From positions 30,001 to 62,000 of the forward strand of contig JACKFV010000002.1 in the NCBI GenBank assembly GCA_020632335.1: a DNA stretch of 32,000 bases, in the 5' to 3' direction. The position numbers were made by a program, and so were the translations under genes. The first letter of the stretch is position 1; each line of letters opens with the position of its first letter. The notes under the pieces are model-generated. The model saw nothing but the letters and a program-made list of their open reading frames with translations, was not told the DNA's origin and did no database searches. Origin of the DNA: Candidatus Saccharimonadota bacterium (lineage in GTDB: Bacteria > Patescibacteriota > Gracilibacteria > UBA4473). Below, piece by piece: positions 8,329 through 17,382 of the stretch.

Positions 8329-10323
8329 ATGCCCCAAGCCTATAGCCTGAGTAACGGGAACCTGCACGTCACCTTTGACGCCCACTTGCAGATGCGAGAC
8401 GTCTACTACCCCTATGTGGGGGAGGAGAATCACTCGGCATTTGGTGCGGCGCATCGGGTGGGGGTATGGGTGGCGGATAGTGACGGCCAGCACGAGAACT
8501 TCCGCTGGAGTACCGACCCCGAGTGGGAGATCACCTACCGCTACCTGCCCAGCACGCTGGTGGCCGAGACAGTGGCCACGCACCAGACCCTGGGCATACG
8601 GCTGACGGTACATGATGGGGTCTATACCACGCATGATGTACTGCTACGACGGTTTTCTGTCGAGAATCTCTACAGCGTGCCGCGTGAGGTGCGGCTCTTC
8701 TTCCACCATGATCTCTACCTCTATGGGGATAAGCAGCAGGACACCGCACAGTACGAGCCGGCCTACAACGCCGTGCTGCACTACCGGAATGAACGCTACT
8801 TCATGGCCAGTGGGCTGTGGGAGGGGACGGGCAAATCGCTCTACCAGTGGGCGGTGGGCAAGTCCCACTATGGAGATAAAGAGGGCACGTATAAAGACGC
8901 TGAGGACGGAGAACTGGGCCTGAACCCCATTGAGCAGGGGAGTGTAGATAGCGTGATTTCCTTCCGGGCGGTGGTGCCGAGTGAGGGGAATGCGACGCTC
9001 TGGTACTGGCTGGCCGCGGGCAAGAACTATAGCCAGGTCTGCCAGCAGCACGAGCGGGTGCTGAGCCTGACGCCTCAGCGGGTCTATGCGCATACGCGTG
9101 ACTACTGGCAGGCCTTCAGCCAGAAGCACCAGCGGTATCTGCCCGGACTGGGCACCGTGTGGGAGGACCACCTGCACCGCTCAGTACTGCTGATTCGCTC
9201 GCAGATAGATAATCGTGGGGCCATCATTGCGGCGTGCGACAGTGACATCATGAAGTTTAATAAGGATACCTATACCTACATGTGGCCGCGTGATGGGGCT
9301 ATTGTCTCTACCGTGCTCAGCCGCCTGGGGTACTGGCAGCCGGTGGAGCGGTTCTTTGAGTTCTGCGCGCAGATCATCATGCCCGAGGGTTATGTGATGC
9401 ATAAGTTTACCCCCAGTGGCGCGTTGGGCTCGTCATGGCACCCCAAGTACCGCAACGGCCAGGCCCAACTGCCGATACAAGAAGACGAGAGCGCGCTCAT
9501 ATTGCTGGCGATGGAGCGATACTACCACTACAGCCGAGGGATAGAAGTGGTACAGCGCCATTTCAACGGTGCGGTGCTGCGGCTGGGGGATTTCCTCCTG
9601 CGGTATGTGCAGCAGTCTACGGGGCTGCCTCGGCCCAGCTATGACCTGTGGGAGGAGCAGTATGGCGTGTTTAGTTACACCACGGCGGCTACCATAGCCG
9701 GGCTGCGGGCGGCGGAGAGGCTGAGCACCTGCACGGGGCACCTGGAGGATAGCGAGCGCTACCGCGTGGGGGCTGAGCGTATGCAGCAGGCGCTGGAGCA
9801 GTACCTGTGGAGTGAGGAGGCGTCGCGGTTTTTGAAGAAGCTCTCGGTAGGGCTGAACGGCAAATACACCCCCGACGCCACGGTGGATGCGTCGCTGTGT
9901 TTCCTCTGGAAATGGGGAGTTCTCCCTCCCGATGACCCCCGCATCGTCAGCACCATGCAGGCGATAGCGTCTACGCTCTCCGTCCAGAATGGCAGTGGTG
10001 GCGTGGCGCGCTATAGTGGGGATATGTACCAGCGGAACTACTCGCATAGCTATAGTGCTGCGGTGCCGGGCAACCCGTGGATCATCTGCACGCTGTGGCT
10101 GAGCCAGTGGTACACCGCTATGGCGCACACCCGCACGGACCTCCATAAGGCCAAGCAGCTGCTGGACTGGGCTGCCAGCACGGCGAATCCGGCCGGTATC
10201 CTCCCCGAGCAGCGGGATCCCTTCACCGGAGCGCCGCTCTCTGTCGCGCCGCTGACGTGGTCTCACGCCACCTTCATCGAGGCCATGCTGGACTACTCTG
10301 AGCGCTATGCCTCTCTTCAATAA
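8329..10323 (+). CDS. glycoside hydrolase family 15 protein (glucoamylase/trehalase-like)
   Basis: Motifs YMWPRDGA and SYDLWEEQYG (general acid region), and PLTWSHA near the C-terminus. The N-terminal beta-sandwich plus (alpha/alpha)6 length of 664 aa is typical of prokaryotic GH15. Confidence 0.85.
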   Translation: MPQAYSLSNGNLHVTFDAHLQMRDVYYPYVGEENHSAFGAAHRVGVWVADSDGQHENFRWSTDPEWEITYRYLPSTLVAETVATHQTLGIRLTVHDGVYTTHDVLLRRFSVENLYSVPREVRLFFHHDLYLYGDKQQDTAQYEPAYNAVLHYRNERYFMASGLWEGTGKSLYQWAVGKSHYGDKEGTYKDAEDGELGLNPIEQGSVDSVISFRAVVPSEGNATLWYWLAAGKNYSQVCQQHERVLSLTPQRVYAHTRDYWQAFSQKHQRYLPGLGTVWEDHLHRSVLLIRSQIDNRGAIIAACDSDIMKFNKDTYTYMWPRDGAIVSTVLSRLGYWQPVERFFEFCAQIIMPEGYVMHKFTPSGALGSSWHPKYRNGQAQLPIQEDESALILLAMERYYHYSRGIEVVQRHFNGAVLRLGDFLLRYVQQSTGLPRPSYDLWEEQYGVFSYTTAATIAGLRAAERLSTCTGHLEDSERYRVGAERMQQALEQYLWSEEASRFLKKLSVGLNGKYTPDATVDASLCFLWKWGVLPPDDPRIVSTMQAIASTLSVQNGSGGVARYSGDMYQRNYSHSYSAAVPGNPWIICTLWLSQWYTAMAHTRTDLHKAKQLLDWAASTANPAGILPEQRDPFTGAPLSVAPLTWSHATFIEAMLDYSERYASLQ

Positions 10324-10329
10324 CTCTCT

Positions 10330-11175
10330 ATGCAGGCTATTGGCATTGACATCGGCGGGACGAAAATGCTGAGTGTCCGCTATGACACCCGCACCTGGCA
10401 GCCACTGGAGCGCGTGCTGCACCCTACCGGGGAGGCGCTGACGATTCCTCAGCTGCGGGCTCTCCTGAGAGAGAGCATCACCGCGCTGCGTACCCCAACG
10501 GTGAGGAGCATTGGCATTGGCGTGCCGGGGGTGGTGGACGGGGGGAAGATCATCACACTACCGAACCTCCCTCAGCTGCAGGACGTCCCTCTGCTGGCAT
10601 TCCTCGAGCAGGAGACGGGGCTGCCTGTAGCGCTGGCTAATGACGCCAGTCTCTTCACTCTGGCCGAGCACCATGCTGCTGGTGGGGAGGGAATTACGCT
10701 GGGGCTCATCATCGGTACGGGGGTGGGGGTGGGGCTTTGCGTGGAGGGGCAGCTCTACCACGGGGCACATGGCCGCGCGCCGGAGATGGGCCATATACGC
10801 GTGCACCGCTCGGGGACGGCAACGGTGGAGCAACTCTTGGCCGGGCCGGGGCTGGCGCGCTTCTTTGCCACCGAGGATATGGCGGCGATAGAGGCCGAGT
10901 ATACGCAGCACGCTGAGGCCCTCACGGAGGAGATATACCCGCGGCTCCTGCTGCTGGTGGAGTTTCTCTACACGCTCGTGCGGGCGTATGATCCGCACCG
11001 GATTGTCATCGGAGGCAGCGCAGGGCTCTCGTTTTGGCAGCTCTTCGCGGAGGAAATAGCGCAGGAACTCCGCCACCGGTATCCGCTCCCGCACCCGTTG
11101 CCAGTGCTGCGGTGGTCTCAGACGACGGACGCCGGAGCCTTAGGAGCCGCGCAGTATGGGGCTAGAGCGCTCTAG
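10330..11175 (+). CDS. ROK family sugar kinase (putative glucokinase)
   Basis: N-terminal IGIDIGGTK ATP-binding motif and ROK glycine-rich signature LIIGTGVGVGLCVEGQLYHGAHGRAPEMGHI. The usual CxCGxxGC zinc motif after GH is absent. The gene starts 6 nt after the GH15 stop. Confidence 0.8.
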   Translation: MQAIGIDIGGTKMLSVRYDTRTWQPLERVLHPTGEALTIPQLRALLRESITALRTPTVRSIGIGVPGVVDGGKIITLPNLPQLQDVPLLAFLEQETGLPVALANDASLFTLAEHHAAGGEGITLGLIIGTGVGVGLCVEGQLYHGAHGRAPEMGHIRVHRSGTATVEQLLAGPGLARFFATEDMAAIEAEYTQHAEALTEEIYPRLLLLVEFLYTLVRAYDPHRIVIGGSAGLSFWQLFAEEIAQELRHRYPLPHPLPVLRWSQTTDAGALGAAQYGARAL

Positions 11176-13057
11176 CACGAGCGATGAGGACCGCCGCCTC
11201 GGCCCGGGTAAGCGGCGCGTGTGGGCGGTAGCTGCCGTCTTCATAGCCGCGTAGTAGGCCCCTCTCAGCGCCTAGCTGTACCCACGGGGCGTATTCGGGG
11301 CTGACGTCACTGAGGGCTACCGGGGGCTGTAGGGTGAGGTCTGGGCTCTCTCCTAGAGTGCGCAGCAGGGTGATAAGCGCCTCTATGCGGGTGATGGGAG
11401 CCTCGGGCAAGAGCGTACGAGTACCGTCACTCTCTGCATAGCCACGGAGGATACCCGCCTCGCTCAGCCCCAGTATCTCGCTCTGGTAGGGGTGGCTTGG
11501 TGGTAGGTCACGGTAGAGCCTCTCGCTACTGGCGCTGCTATACCCCCAGAGCAGCCCCACGGTGTGGAAGAATTCGGCGCGGGGTTCAGTCCACTGCAGG
11601 GCCAGCGTTCCCTCATGCGTGAGGTTCCAGGCGCCCGCAGCCCAGAGCTCCGCCGTGGCGTCCCAGGCCCAGTGGGTGGGGTCAGCGTCAGGGGCCAGGG
11701 TGAGCATTACAGGCCGCACCATCGTTTCTCCGCCCTCAGACAGGGTGACGCAGCGCTCGGTACAGCCGGGGGAGAAGCTGCCGGGGTACTGCCAGTAGAG
11801 TCTCTGGTGGGCTGTACTTCCCGGCTGCAGGGTAAAGAGCGGCTCTGGGAGAGGGTCGAGAAAATCCGCATGCGGTTGCGCAGGCCCGGTATACTCGGCC
11901 GTGGTGTAGGCAGGGCGATCATCCGCTACGCTCCCCATAGCGCTCCTGCGCCAGTGGTGCAGCCCGAGCACCTCTGACGGCGAGAGTACCAGCGCCTCCG
12001 GGTTCATCGTTTGCCAGTCCTCCCGCATCTGTAGAGGGATAATCGCCAGCGGAGCATCACTCTGTAGAGATAGCGGTTCACTCTCGGTCAGCAGGATAAC
12101 CGCGTCACCCTCGGGGCCAGGAGGCACTGCCCGGAGCAGCTCTGCGGTGAAGGACCCCCAGGGTTTGATCCCCTCCAGGCGGCTGAGGACCTCCCGCTGC
12201 AGCGCAAAGGTATTCTGCGTGGGGGCCGGCTCCAGCCACGCTAGTTCGTCTCGCAGCACTCCCACCCGCACTGGCAACCCCGGGAAGGCCTGGAGAATCC
12301 GCTTGGTGAGCGACTGCAGCTCTAGCCAGCGTGGCCCTAGTGCCGAGCCACTGGCGTCTATAAGGAGGGTGAGGTGGGTAGGCGTGACGGCCGTGGGGGT
12401 GAGAAACTGCAGCGTGGTGCTCTGGCTGCTGAGCGTCGGGGTTTTCTTCTCCGTCCACAGGAACGTGAGGCTAGCGGCACTATCAGGACTCCTCTGCGTG
12501 AGGGTATAGCGGCCATCCGGGTGCTGCGCTACGCGGTCATAGGGGTACTGCCAGTAGTACTCTGGCGGCGTGAGTAGCTGGGTATCGACCGTCAGCGTGG
12601 TGCTAGGGAGGGCGTCTGGCAGCGGCACGCGGGTGCTCGTCCAGCTGGCTTCTCGTACCAGTGGAAGGGGGAAGTGGTGGCTCAGACGCAGGGGCATACC
12701 GGCGGTCACGGGCAGGGTGAGGGGGAAGAGCGCGCGACCCTCGAGCGGGAGGGTGGTGGTCAGCTGGGCGTCCCAGAGAGTCTCCAGTGCCTGCTCATGT
12801 GGCAGTGGGGCGAGAGACAGCGGCTCCTCCGCGAGGAAAAACTGCGGCGTGGCCTCCGTCGGGAGCGTCCACAGGAGCGTCACCTCGCCCGTCACCAGGG
12901 GGGTGAATTCCTCGGTGATGAGCGCCTCCAGCATAGTGCTCTCCCGCTCCAGCAGGCTGACCGAGAGGGCATCACGGGTGAGCATAGCCTCGGGGTACCA
13001 CGCGTGGCAGAGGGGAGGCAGGAGGAGAAAAAGCAGCCAGCAGAGAGCTCGGAGCAT
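11162..13057 (-). CDS. secreted surface protein with VWA-like module and two C-terminal SLH repeats
   Basis: Signal peptide MLRALCWLLFLLLPPLCHA. MIDAS-like LLIDASGS. C-terminal SLH-like repeats (GILRGYAESDGTRTLLPEAPITRIEA and GLLRGYEDGSYRPHAPLTRAEAAVLI). The gene starts 3 nt after the gatA stop. Confidence 0.7.
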   Translation of the reverse strand: MLRALCWLLFLLLPPLCHAWYPEAMLTRDALSVSLLERESTMLEALITEEFTPLVTGEVTLLWTLPTEATPQFFLAEEPLSLAPLPHEQALETLWDAQLTTTLPLEGRALFPLTLPVTAGMPLRLSHHFPLPLVREASWTSTRVPLPDALPSTTLTVDTQLLTPPEYYWQYPYDRVAQHPDGRYTLTQRSPDSAASLTFLWTEKKTPTLSSQSTTLQFLTPTAVTPTHLTLLIDASGSALGPRWLELQSLTKRILQAFPGLPVRVGVLRDELAWLEPAPTQNTFALQREVLSRLEGIKPWGSFTAELLRAVPPGPEGDAVILLTESEPLSLQSDAPLAIIPLQMREDWQTMNPEALVLSPSEVLGLHHWRRSAMGSVADDRPAYTTAEYTGPAQPHADFLDPLPEPLFTLQPGSTAHQRLYWQYPGSFSPGCTERCVTLSEGGETMVRPVMLTLAPDADPTHWAWDATAELWAAGAWNLTHEGTLALQWTEPRAEFFHTVGLLWGYSSASSERLYRDLPPSHPYQSEILGLSEAGILRGYAESDGTRTLLPEAPITRIEALITLLRTLGESPDLTLQPPVALSDVSPEYAPWVQLGAERGLLRGYEDGSYRPHAPLTRAEAAVLIARARAL

Positions 13058-13060
13058 CGG

Positions 13061-14503
13061 CTAGGCAGTGCGAGCGGTGTAGAGGTGGTGTGCAGCCCGC
13101 AGCAGGGTATCCTCGCCAAAGGACGGCCCCATCAGCTGCACCCCCACTGGCAGGCCCTCTGCGGTGTGGCCCGTGGGCACGCTGATGCCGCAGTTGCCGG
13201 CCAGGTTCACCGGAGCAACGAAGATATCCTCCAGGTACATCTTGAGCGGGTCGCTGGTGTTCTGCCCGATGGGAAATGCCGGCGTGGGAGAGACGGGGCT
13301 GAGGAGGAGATCCACCTGCTGGAAGGCCGCCTGCATCTCATCGCGGATGAGCGTGCGCACCTGCTGGGCCTTGCGGTAGTAGGCGTCGTAGTAGCCGCTG
13401 CTTAGGCTATAGGTGCCGATGAGTATCCGCCGCTTGACCTCGTCGCCTAGGCCCTGTTCGCGGGTCTCGTAGTAGATCTCTTGCAGGGTATCTCTGTGTG
13501 CTCCTTGGCCAAACCGTATGCCGTCATAGCGCGCCATATTGGCCGAGATCTCACTCGGGGCGATGATGTAGTAGGTCGCGATGGCATAGGGCGAGTGCGG
13601 CAGTGATACCGTTGTCACCGTGGCGCCCAGCTCCTGCAGGGTCTCTTTCGCTCTCTCCAGCTCGGCCAGGACAGCGGCGTCAGTGCCTTCTATCTCGAGG
13701 AATTCTCGGGGGATCCCCACCCGCATACCGCGGATGTCCTGCTGTAGCGCGGCGGTGTAGTCGGGCACGGGGGCCGTAGTGGTAGTGGCGTCGCGGGGGT
13801 CCTTACCGGCTATAGCCTGCAGCAGCAGGGCGCAGTCAGCCGGGGTGGGAGCCAGCGGCCCGGTGGTATCCAGGCTGCTAGCCATAGGGATGGTCCCCCA
13901 GCGGCTCACGCGGCCATAACTGGGCTTGAGGCCTGTCACTCCACAGAAGTTGGCCGGCACGCGTATAGACCCTCCGGTATCCGTCCCGATGCTACAGGGT
14001 GCCATACCGGCAGCCACACTCGCGGCGCTGCCCCCGCTACTGCCACCGGCTACTCGGCTCTGGTCATGCGGATTTTTCGTCACGCCATAGGCGCTATGCT
14101 CGGTACTGGCCCCCATGGTGAATTCGTCCGTGTTTACCTTGCCCAGCAGCACCATGCCAGCGGCTTTCAGTCGTGCCCACACCGTGGCGTCGTAGGGGCT
14201 CTGGTAGTGCTCGAGAACTTTGCTCGCGGCGGTAGTGCGCGCCTCTACCGTACACAGCACGTCTTTTAGGCTTATCGGCATACCGTCCAGCGGGCCCAGC
14301 GTCTGCCCGGCTCTGTGGCGTGCATCGGCGGCATCAGCGGCGGCCAGGGCTGCCTCTGGGGTGGTAGTCAGGTAGGCGTTTATCTCGGTATTCTGCGCGG
14401 CTATCTGCTGCAGGAAGGCCTCGGTAATGGCTCTGCTGGTGAGCTCCCCAGACTGAAAACGCGCGCTGAGAGCTGATAGGTTGGTAGACGGAATGCTGCT
14501 CAT
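13061..14503 (-). CDS. gatA: Asp-tRNA(Asn)/Glu-tRNA(Gln) amidotransferase subunit A
   Basis: Amidase signature GGSSGGSAASVAAG, SIRVPA, and catalytic Lys region ISLKDV. 480 aa. Confidence 0.93.
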   Translation of the reverse strand: MSSIPSTNLSALSARFQSGELTSRAITEAFLQQIAAQNTEINAYLTTTPEAALAAADAADARHRAGQTLGPLDGMPISLKDVLCTVEARTTAASKVLEHYQSPYDATVWARLKAAGMVLLGKVNTDEFTMGASTEHSAYGVTKNPHDQSRVAGGSSGGSAASVAAGMAPCSIGTDTGGSIRVPANFCGVTGLKPSYGRVSRWGTIPMASSLDTTGPLAPTPADCALLLQAIAGKDPRDATTTTAPVPDYTAALQQDIRGMRVGIPREFLEIEGTDAAVLAELERAKETLQELGATVTTVSLPHSPYAIATYYIIAPSEISANMARYDGIRFGQGAHRDTLQEIYYETREQGLGDEVKRRILIGTYSLSSGYYDAYYRKAQQVRTLIRDEMQAAFQQVDLLLSPVSPTPAFPIGQNTSDPLKMYLEDIFVAPVNLAGNCGISVPTGHTAEGLPVGVQLMGPSFGEDTLLRAAHHLYTARTA

Positions 14504-14509
14504 GAGCGG

Positions 14510-14515
14510 ACTCTA
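14510..14515 (-). promoter_or_regulatory. -10 hexamer TAGAGT, 6 nt upstream of the gatA ATG
   Basis: The minus strand reads TAGAGT-ccgctc-ATG. Confidence 0.45.
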
Positions 14516-14560
14516 ATGATTTCTCTGCTGTCGTCTAGCGTAGATGGGATGGGCCGCACA

Positions 14561-14588
14561 GAAAAAATACCTCGTGCAGAAGGTATTT
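14561..14588 (-). terminator. AT-rich hairpin plus U-run terminator for the islet ORF
   Basis: AAATACCT (14565-14572) / AGGTATTT (14581-14588), a perfect 8-bp stem with an 8-nt loop. On the minus strand it is followed by TTTTTT. It lies 10 nt after the ORF stop. Confidence 0.5.
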
Positions 14589-14597
14589 GAAGGAGTT

Positions 14598-15050
14598 TTA
14601 CAAGTATAGGACTTCTTTCAATAAATAAAAGAAAAATAGATGTATTATGAATCCTATCATCTGCATAGTTACTATGAAGGAGATCCACCCTGTAACGCCT
14701 AATACATCGAATGCAAGCACTAATATCAATAGGAGAGATGAGTATTCAAGTACTAATAGCTTCCAAAAATTTTTACGCAATTTTGGTATAGCTTTTATGT
14801 ATATTAGATAAGAACCAAGTCCTATGATAGCTAATCCCAAATGGATAGTAGTTATTGTAACTGTATGAGGAAATAAAGCCATGATATAGAATGTGATAGA
14901 GCACACTATAGTAACAAATAATGAGATAACGCCTGCGTAGAGGTATCTAGTGAGCCACTTATGGCTAGTGGTTTCAAAGGACCATGCCTCTTTGAAAAGT
15001 TCCCATCTCCGTTGTTCTGGAGATAGATTACAATTATCGGATTTTTTCAT
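14598..15050 (-). CDS. hypothetical 4-TM membrane protein encoded in a low-GC islet
   Basis: 150 aa from ATG 15050 (MKKSDNCNLSPEQ...). The ORF-track start at 15101 is a GTG extension. There are four long hydrophobic runs. G+C is 15/60 in line 14761-14820. No recognisable family. Confidence 0.55.
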   Translation of the reverse strand: MKKSDNCNLSPEQRRWELFKEAWSFETTSHKWLTRYLYAGVISLFVTIVCSITFYIMALFPHTVTITTIHLGLAIIGLGSYLIYIKAIPKLRKNFWKLLVLEYSSLLLILVLAFDVLGVTGWISFIVTMQMIGFIIHLFFFYLLKEVLYL

Positions 15051-15180
15051 AATATATATAATTCTTGAAATGATGAATAAATAAAAGAAATGACGCGCCA
15101 CAACTGCACTTGTGGAGGAGTCACCGGTACTGTACTACAGATGCAGTATTTTGTCAATATACCCTACTGGGGCACTGCGC

Positions 15181-15209
15181 TTGCCCTCCGTCACAAAGCA
15201 GCGTAGTAT
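15181..15209 (+). promoter_or_regulatory. promoter TTGCCC-17 nt-TAGTAT, 6 nt before the ATG at 15216
   Basis: TTGCCC at 15181-15186, TAGTAT at 15204-15209, then agcctt-ATG. Confidence 0.55.
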
Positions 15210-15215
15210 AGCCTT

Positions 15216-16175
15216 ATGCAGAGCCTGCTTGCTGCCATCATTGGCTTCTCGCCCGTGCTACAGGGGTTGATAGCCGCGGTGTGCGTAGCGGGGCTGTGGT
15301 GGGGCGCGGAGCTGGTGATAGACGGGGCGCGGTCACTCGCGCGGCGGCTGGGCATCTCCGAACTCATCATTGGGCTGACGGTAGTGAGTGTGGGGAGTAG
15401 CTTCCCGGAGATATTCGTGAACGTGCAGGCAGGGCTCTCTGGGCTCTCTCCGCTGGGGGTGGGGAATGTAGTGGGTAGCTGTCTGGTGCAGATCAGCGTG
15501 ATACTGGGGATCTGCGTACTGGTGGGGGGGCCGCTGACCGAAACCCGCCCCAGCATACGCCGTGACGGGGGCATGGTGGTGGGCTCCATCGCGCTGCTGT
15601 ACCTGCTGGGGATGGACGGGCACATCTCGGTAGGGGAGGCTATCGGCATGGTGTCCCTCTACGGAGCGTATATCCTCTACCTCACGCGCGCACCGCACGA
15701 GAAAGCCCACCACTACGTCACTCCTGAGCAGAGCGTGTGGGAGGCGCTGGCGAAGTTCGCTCTGGGGGCGGTGGTGGTGTGGGTAAGTAGCGATACGCTC
15801 ATCCACATAGGGCTGCACGCCGGGGAGGTACTGGGGATCAGCCCGAGCGTGATCGGGATCATGAGTGGCATCGGCACCAGTGTGCCCGAGCTGGCGGTGA
15901 GTCTCATCGCCCTGCTACGCCGGAGTAACGGCATCTCCATCGGGAACCTCTTGGGGTCTAACATCACCGATCCGCTCTTCAGCCTGCCCATGGGTGCCCT
16001 CTTGGCCGGGGGCTACAGTGTTGACTCCCTACTGCTGGAGCGTGCTATACCCGCTTGGGGAGCCATCAGCCTGCTGGTGCTGCTGGTGTTTTACTTCCGT
16101 GGGAGGGTAGGCCGGCCGGTAGCGGTACTGCTGATAGCGCTCTACATCGGGAGTTTCTGGTGGTTTTTACAGTAG
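15216..16175 (+). CDS. Ca2+/Na+ antiporter, CaCA (YrbG-like) family
   Basis: Two alpha-repeat signatures GNVVGS and GNLLGSNITD in the two halves of a 10-TM-type hydrophobic protein. 319 aa. Confidence 0.85.
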   Translation: MQSLLAAIIGFSPVLQGLIAAVCVAGLWWGAELVIDGARSLARRLGISELIIGLTVVSVGSSFPEIFVNVQAGLSGLSPLGVGNVVGSCLVQISVILGICVLVGGPLTETRPSIRRDGGMVVGSIALLYLLGMDGHISVGEAIGMVSLYGAYILYLTRAPHEKAHHYVTPEQSVWEALAKFALGAVVVWVSSDTLIHIGLHAGEVLGISPSVIGIMSGIGTSVPELAVSLIALLRRSNGISIGNLLGSNITDPLFSLPMGALLAGGYSVDSLLLERAIPAWGAISLLVLLVFYFRGRVGRPVAVLLIALYIGSFWWFLQ

Positions 16176-16231
16176 AAATTACTCTGGCATATTGTCAAGT
16201 TGCTTGCGCTTCCCTGCTCTGCTGCTGTGCC

Positions 16232-16237
16232 TAGAGT
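16232..16237 (+). promoter_or_regulatory. -10 hexamer TAGAGT, 6 nt upstream of the ATG at 16244
   Basis: TAGAGT-aggggt-ATG. Confidence 0.45.
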
Positions 16238-16243
16238 AGGGGT

Positions 16244-17368
16244 ATGAAAGCGAAAGATATCCTTACCAAGAGTGCTCTGCAGTTCCTCGAGACCTACCTG
16301 AATACCGCCAGCCCCACGGGGTTTGAGTGGAAGGGGCAGCGGGTCTGGACGGACTACCTCCGGCCCTACGTCGACGAGCTCCATGAGGACAACTACGGCA
16401 CTTGCTATGGGGTGCTCCACCCGCGGGACGCTAAGGGAAAGCCCACCCCCTCGGACTACAAAGTGGTGATAGAGGCGCATGCAGATGAGATCAGCTGGTT
16501 TGTAAACTACATCACTGACAAGGGCCTGCTGCATGTCATCCGTAACGGGGGGAGTGATCAGGTCATCGCGCCGAGTAAGCGGGTACTGGTGCATCTGCGT
16601 GACGGCAAGACCATCGAGGGGCTCTTCGGCTGGCCGGCCATCCACACTCGCAAGGGCGAAAAAGAGAAGGAAGTCACGCCCAAGATAGAGAATATCACCG
16701 TAGATGTAGGCGCCAGGAGCAAGGAAGAAGTGGAGAAAATGGGCATTCATGTGGGGTGCGTTATTACCTACCCGGATGCCTTCCATGTGCTCAATGACCG
16801 GTATTTCGTCTGCCGAGCGCTGGATAACCGCGCTGGAGGATTCATGATAGCGCAGGTGGCGCGGCTCCTTCACGAGCAGAAAGTGCAGCTGCCCTACTCG
16901 CTCTATATCATCAATAGTGTGCAAGAAGAGGTGGGCCTGTATGGCGCCAAGATGATCGCACAGACGCTGAAACCCAACGTAGCCATCGTGACCGACGTCA
17001 CCCACGACACCAGCACGCCGATGATAGACCTGCCCGTAGAGGGCGACGTGCAGTGCGGCAAGGGCCCGGTTATAGGCTGCGCGCCCAGCATCCAGCAGAA
17101 TCTGCTCCATCTCATCACCGAGACCGCCGCAGAGAAGAAAATCCCCGTGCAGTGGAATGCCCGCAGCCGCTCTAGCGGGACGGATACCGACGCCTTTGCC
17201 TTTGACGGGAATGCGGTCTCGGCGCTCATTTCACTCCCGCTGCGCTACATGCACACCACGGTAGAAATGGTGGACAAAGACGACGTAGCGGCCTGTATTC
17301 ACCTTATGTATGAGAGCCTGCAACAGATACGAGCGGGGCAGGACTTCCGGTATTTGAAGCTCTCCTAA
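16244..17368 (+). CDS. M42 family metallopeptidase (glutamyl aminopeptidase / FrvX-like)
   Basis: Motifs IEAHADEI, RALDNRAG, QEEVGLYGA, and the C-terminal MHT metal ligand region. 374 aa. Confidence 0.85.
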   Translation: MKAKDILTKSALQFLETYLNTASPTGFEWKGQRVWTDYLRPYVDELHEDNYGTCYGVLHPRDAKGKPTPSDYKVVIEAHADEISWFVNYITDKGLLHVIRNGGSDQVIAPSKRVLVHLRDGKTIEGLFGWPAIHTRKGEKEKEVTPKIENITVDVGARSKEEVEKMGIHVGCVITYPDAFHVLNDRYFVCRALDNRAGGFMIAQVARLLHEQKVQLPYSLYIINSVQEEVGLYGAKMIAQTLKPNVAIVTDVTHDTSTPMIDLPVEGDVQCGKGPVIGCAPSIQQNLLHLITETAAEKKIPVQWNARSRSSGTDTDAFAFDGNAVSALISLPLRYMHTTVEMVDKDDVAACIHLMYESLQQIRAGQDFRYLKLS

Positions 17369-17382
17369 CCCAGTACTATACG

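Noticed and set aside
9433-10422. 329-aa ORF on the minus strand
   Set aside because: It is antisense to the GH15 and ROK genes. It is Arg/Pro/Gly-rich with no motif, so it is a shadow ORF.
15051-15101. Longer version of the islet ORF starting at 15101 (MARHFFYLFIISRIIYI...)
   Set aside because: That start is a GTG, and the extension is a hydrophobic read-through of an AT-rich promoter-like sequence. The ATG at 15050 (MKKSD...) gives a normal N-terminus.
16142-17110. 322-aa ORF on the minus strand
   Set aside because: It is antisense to the M42 peptidase gene, which has clear family motifs. It is a shadow ORF.
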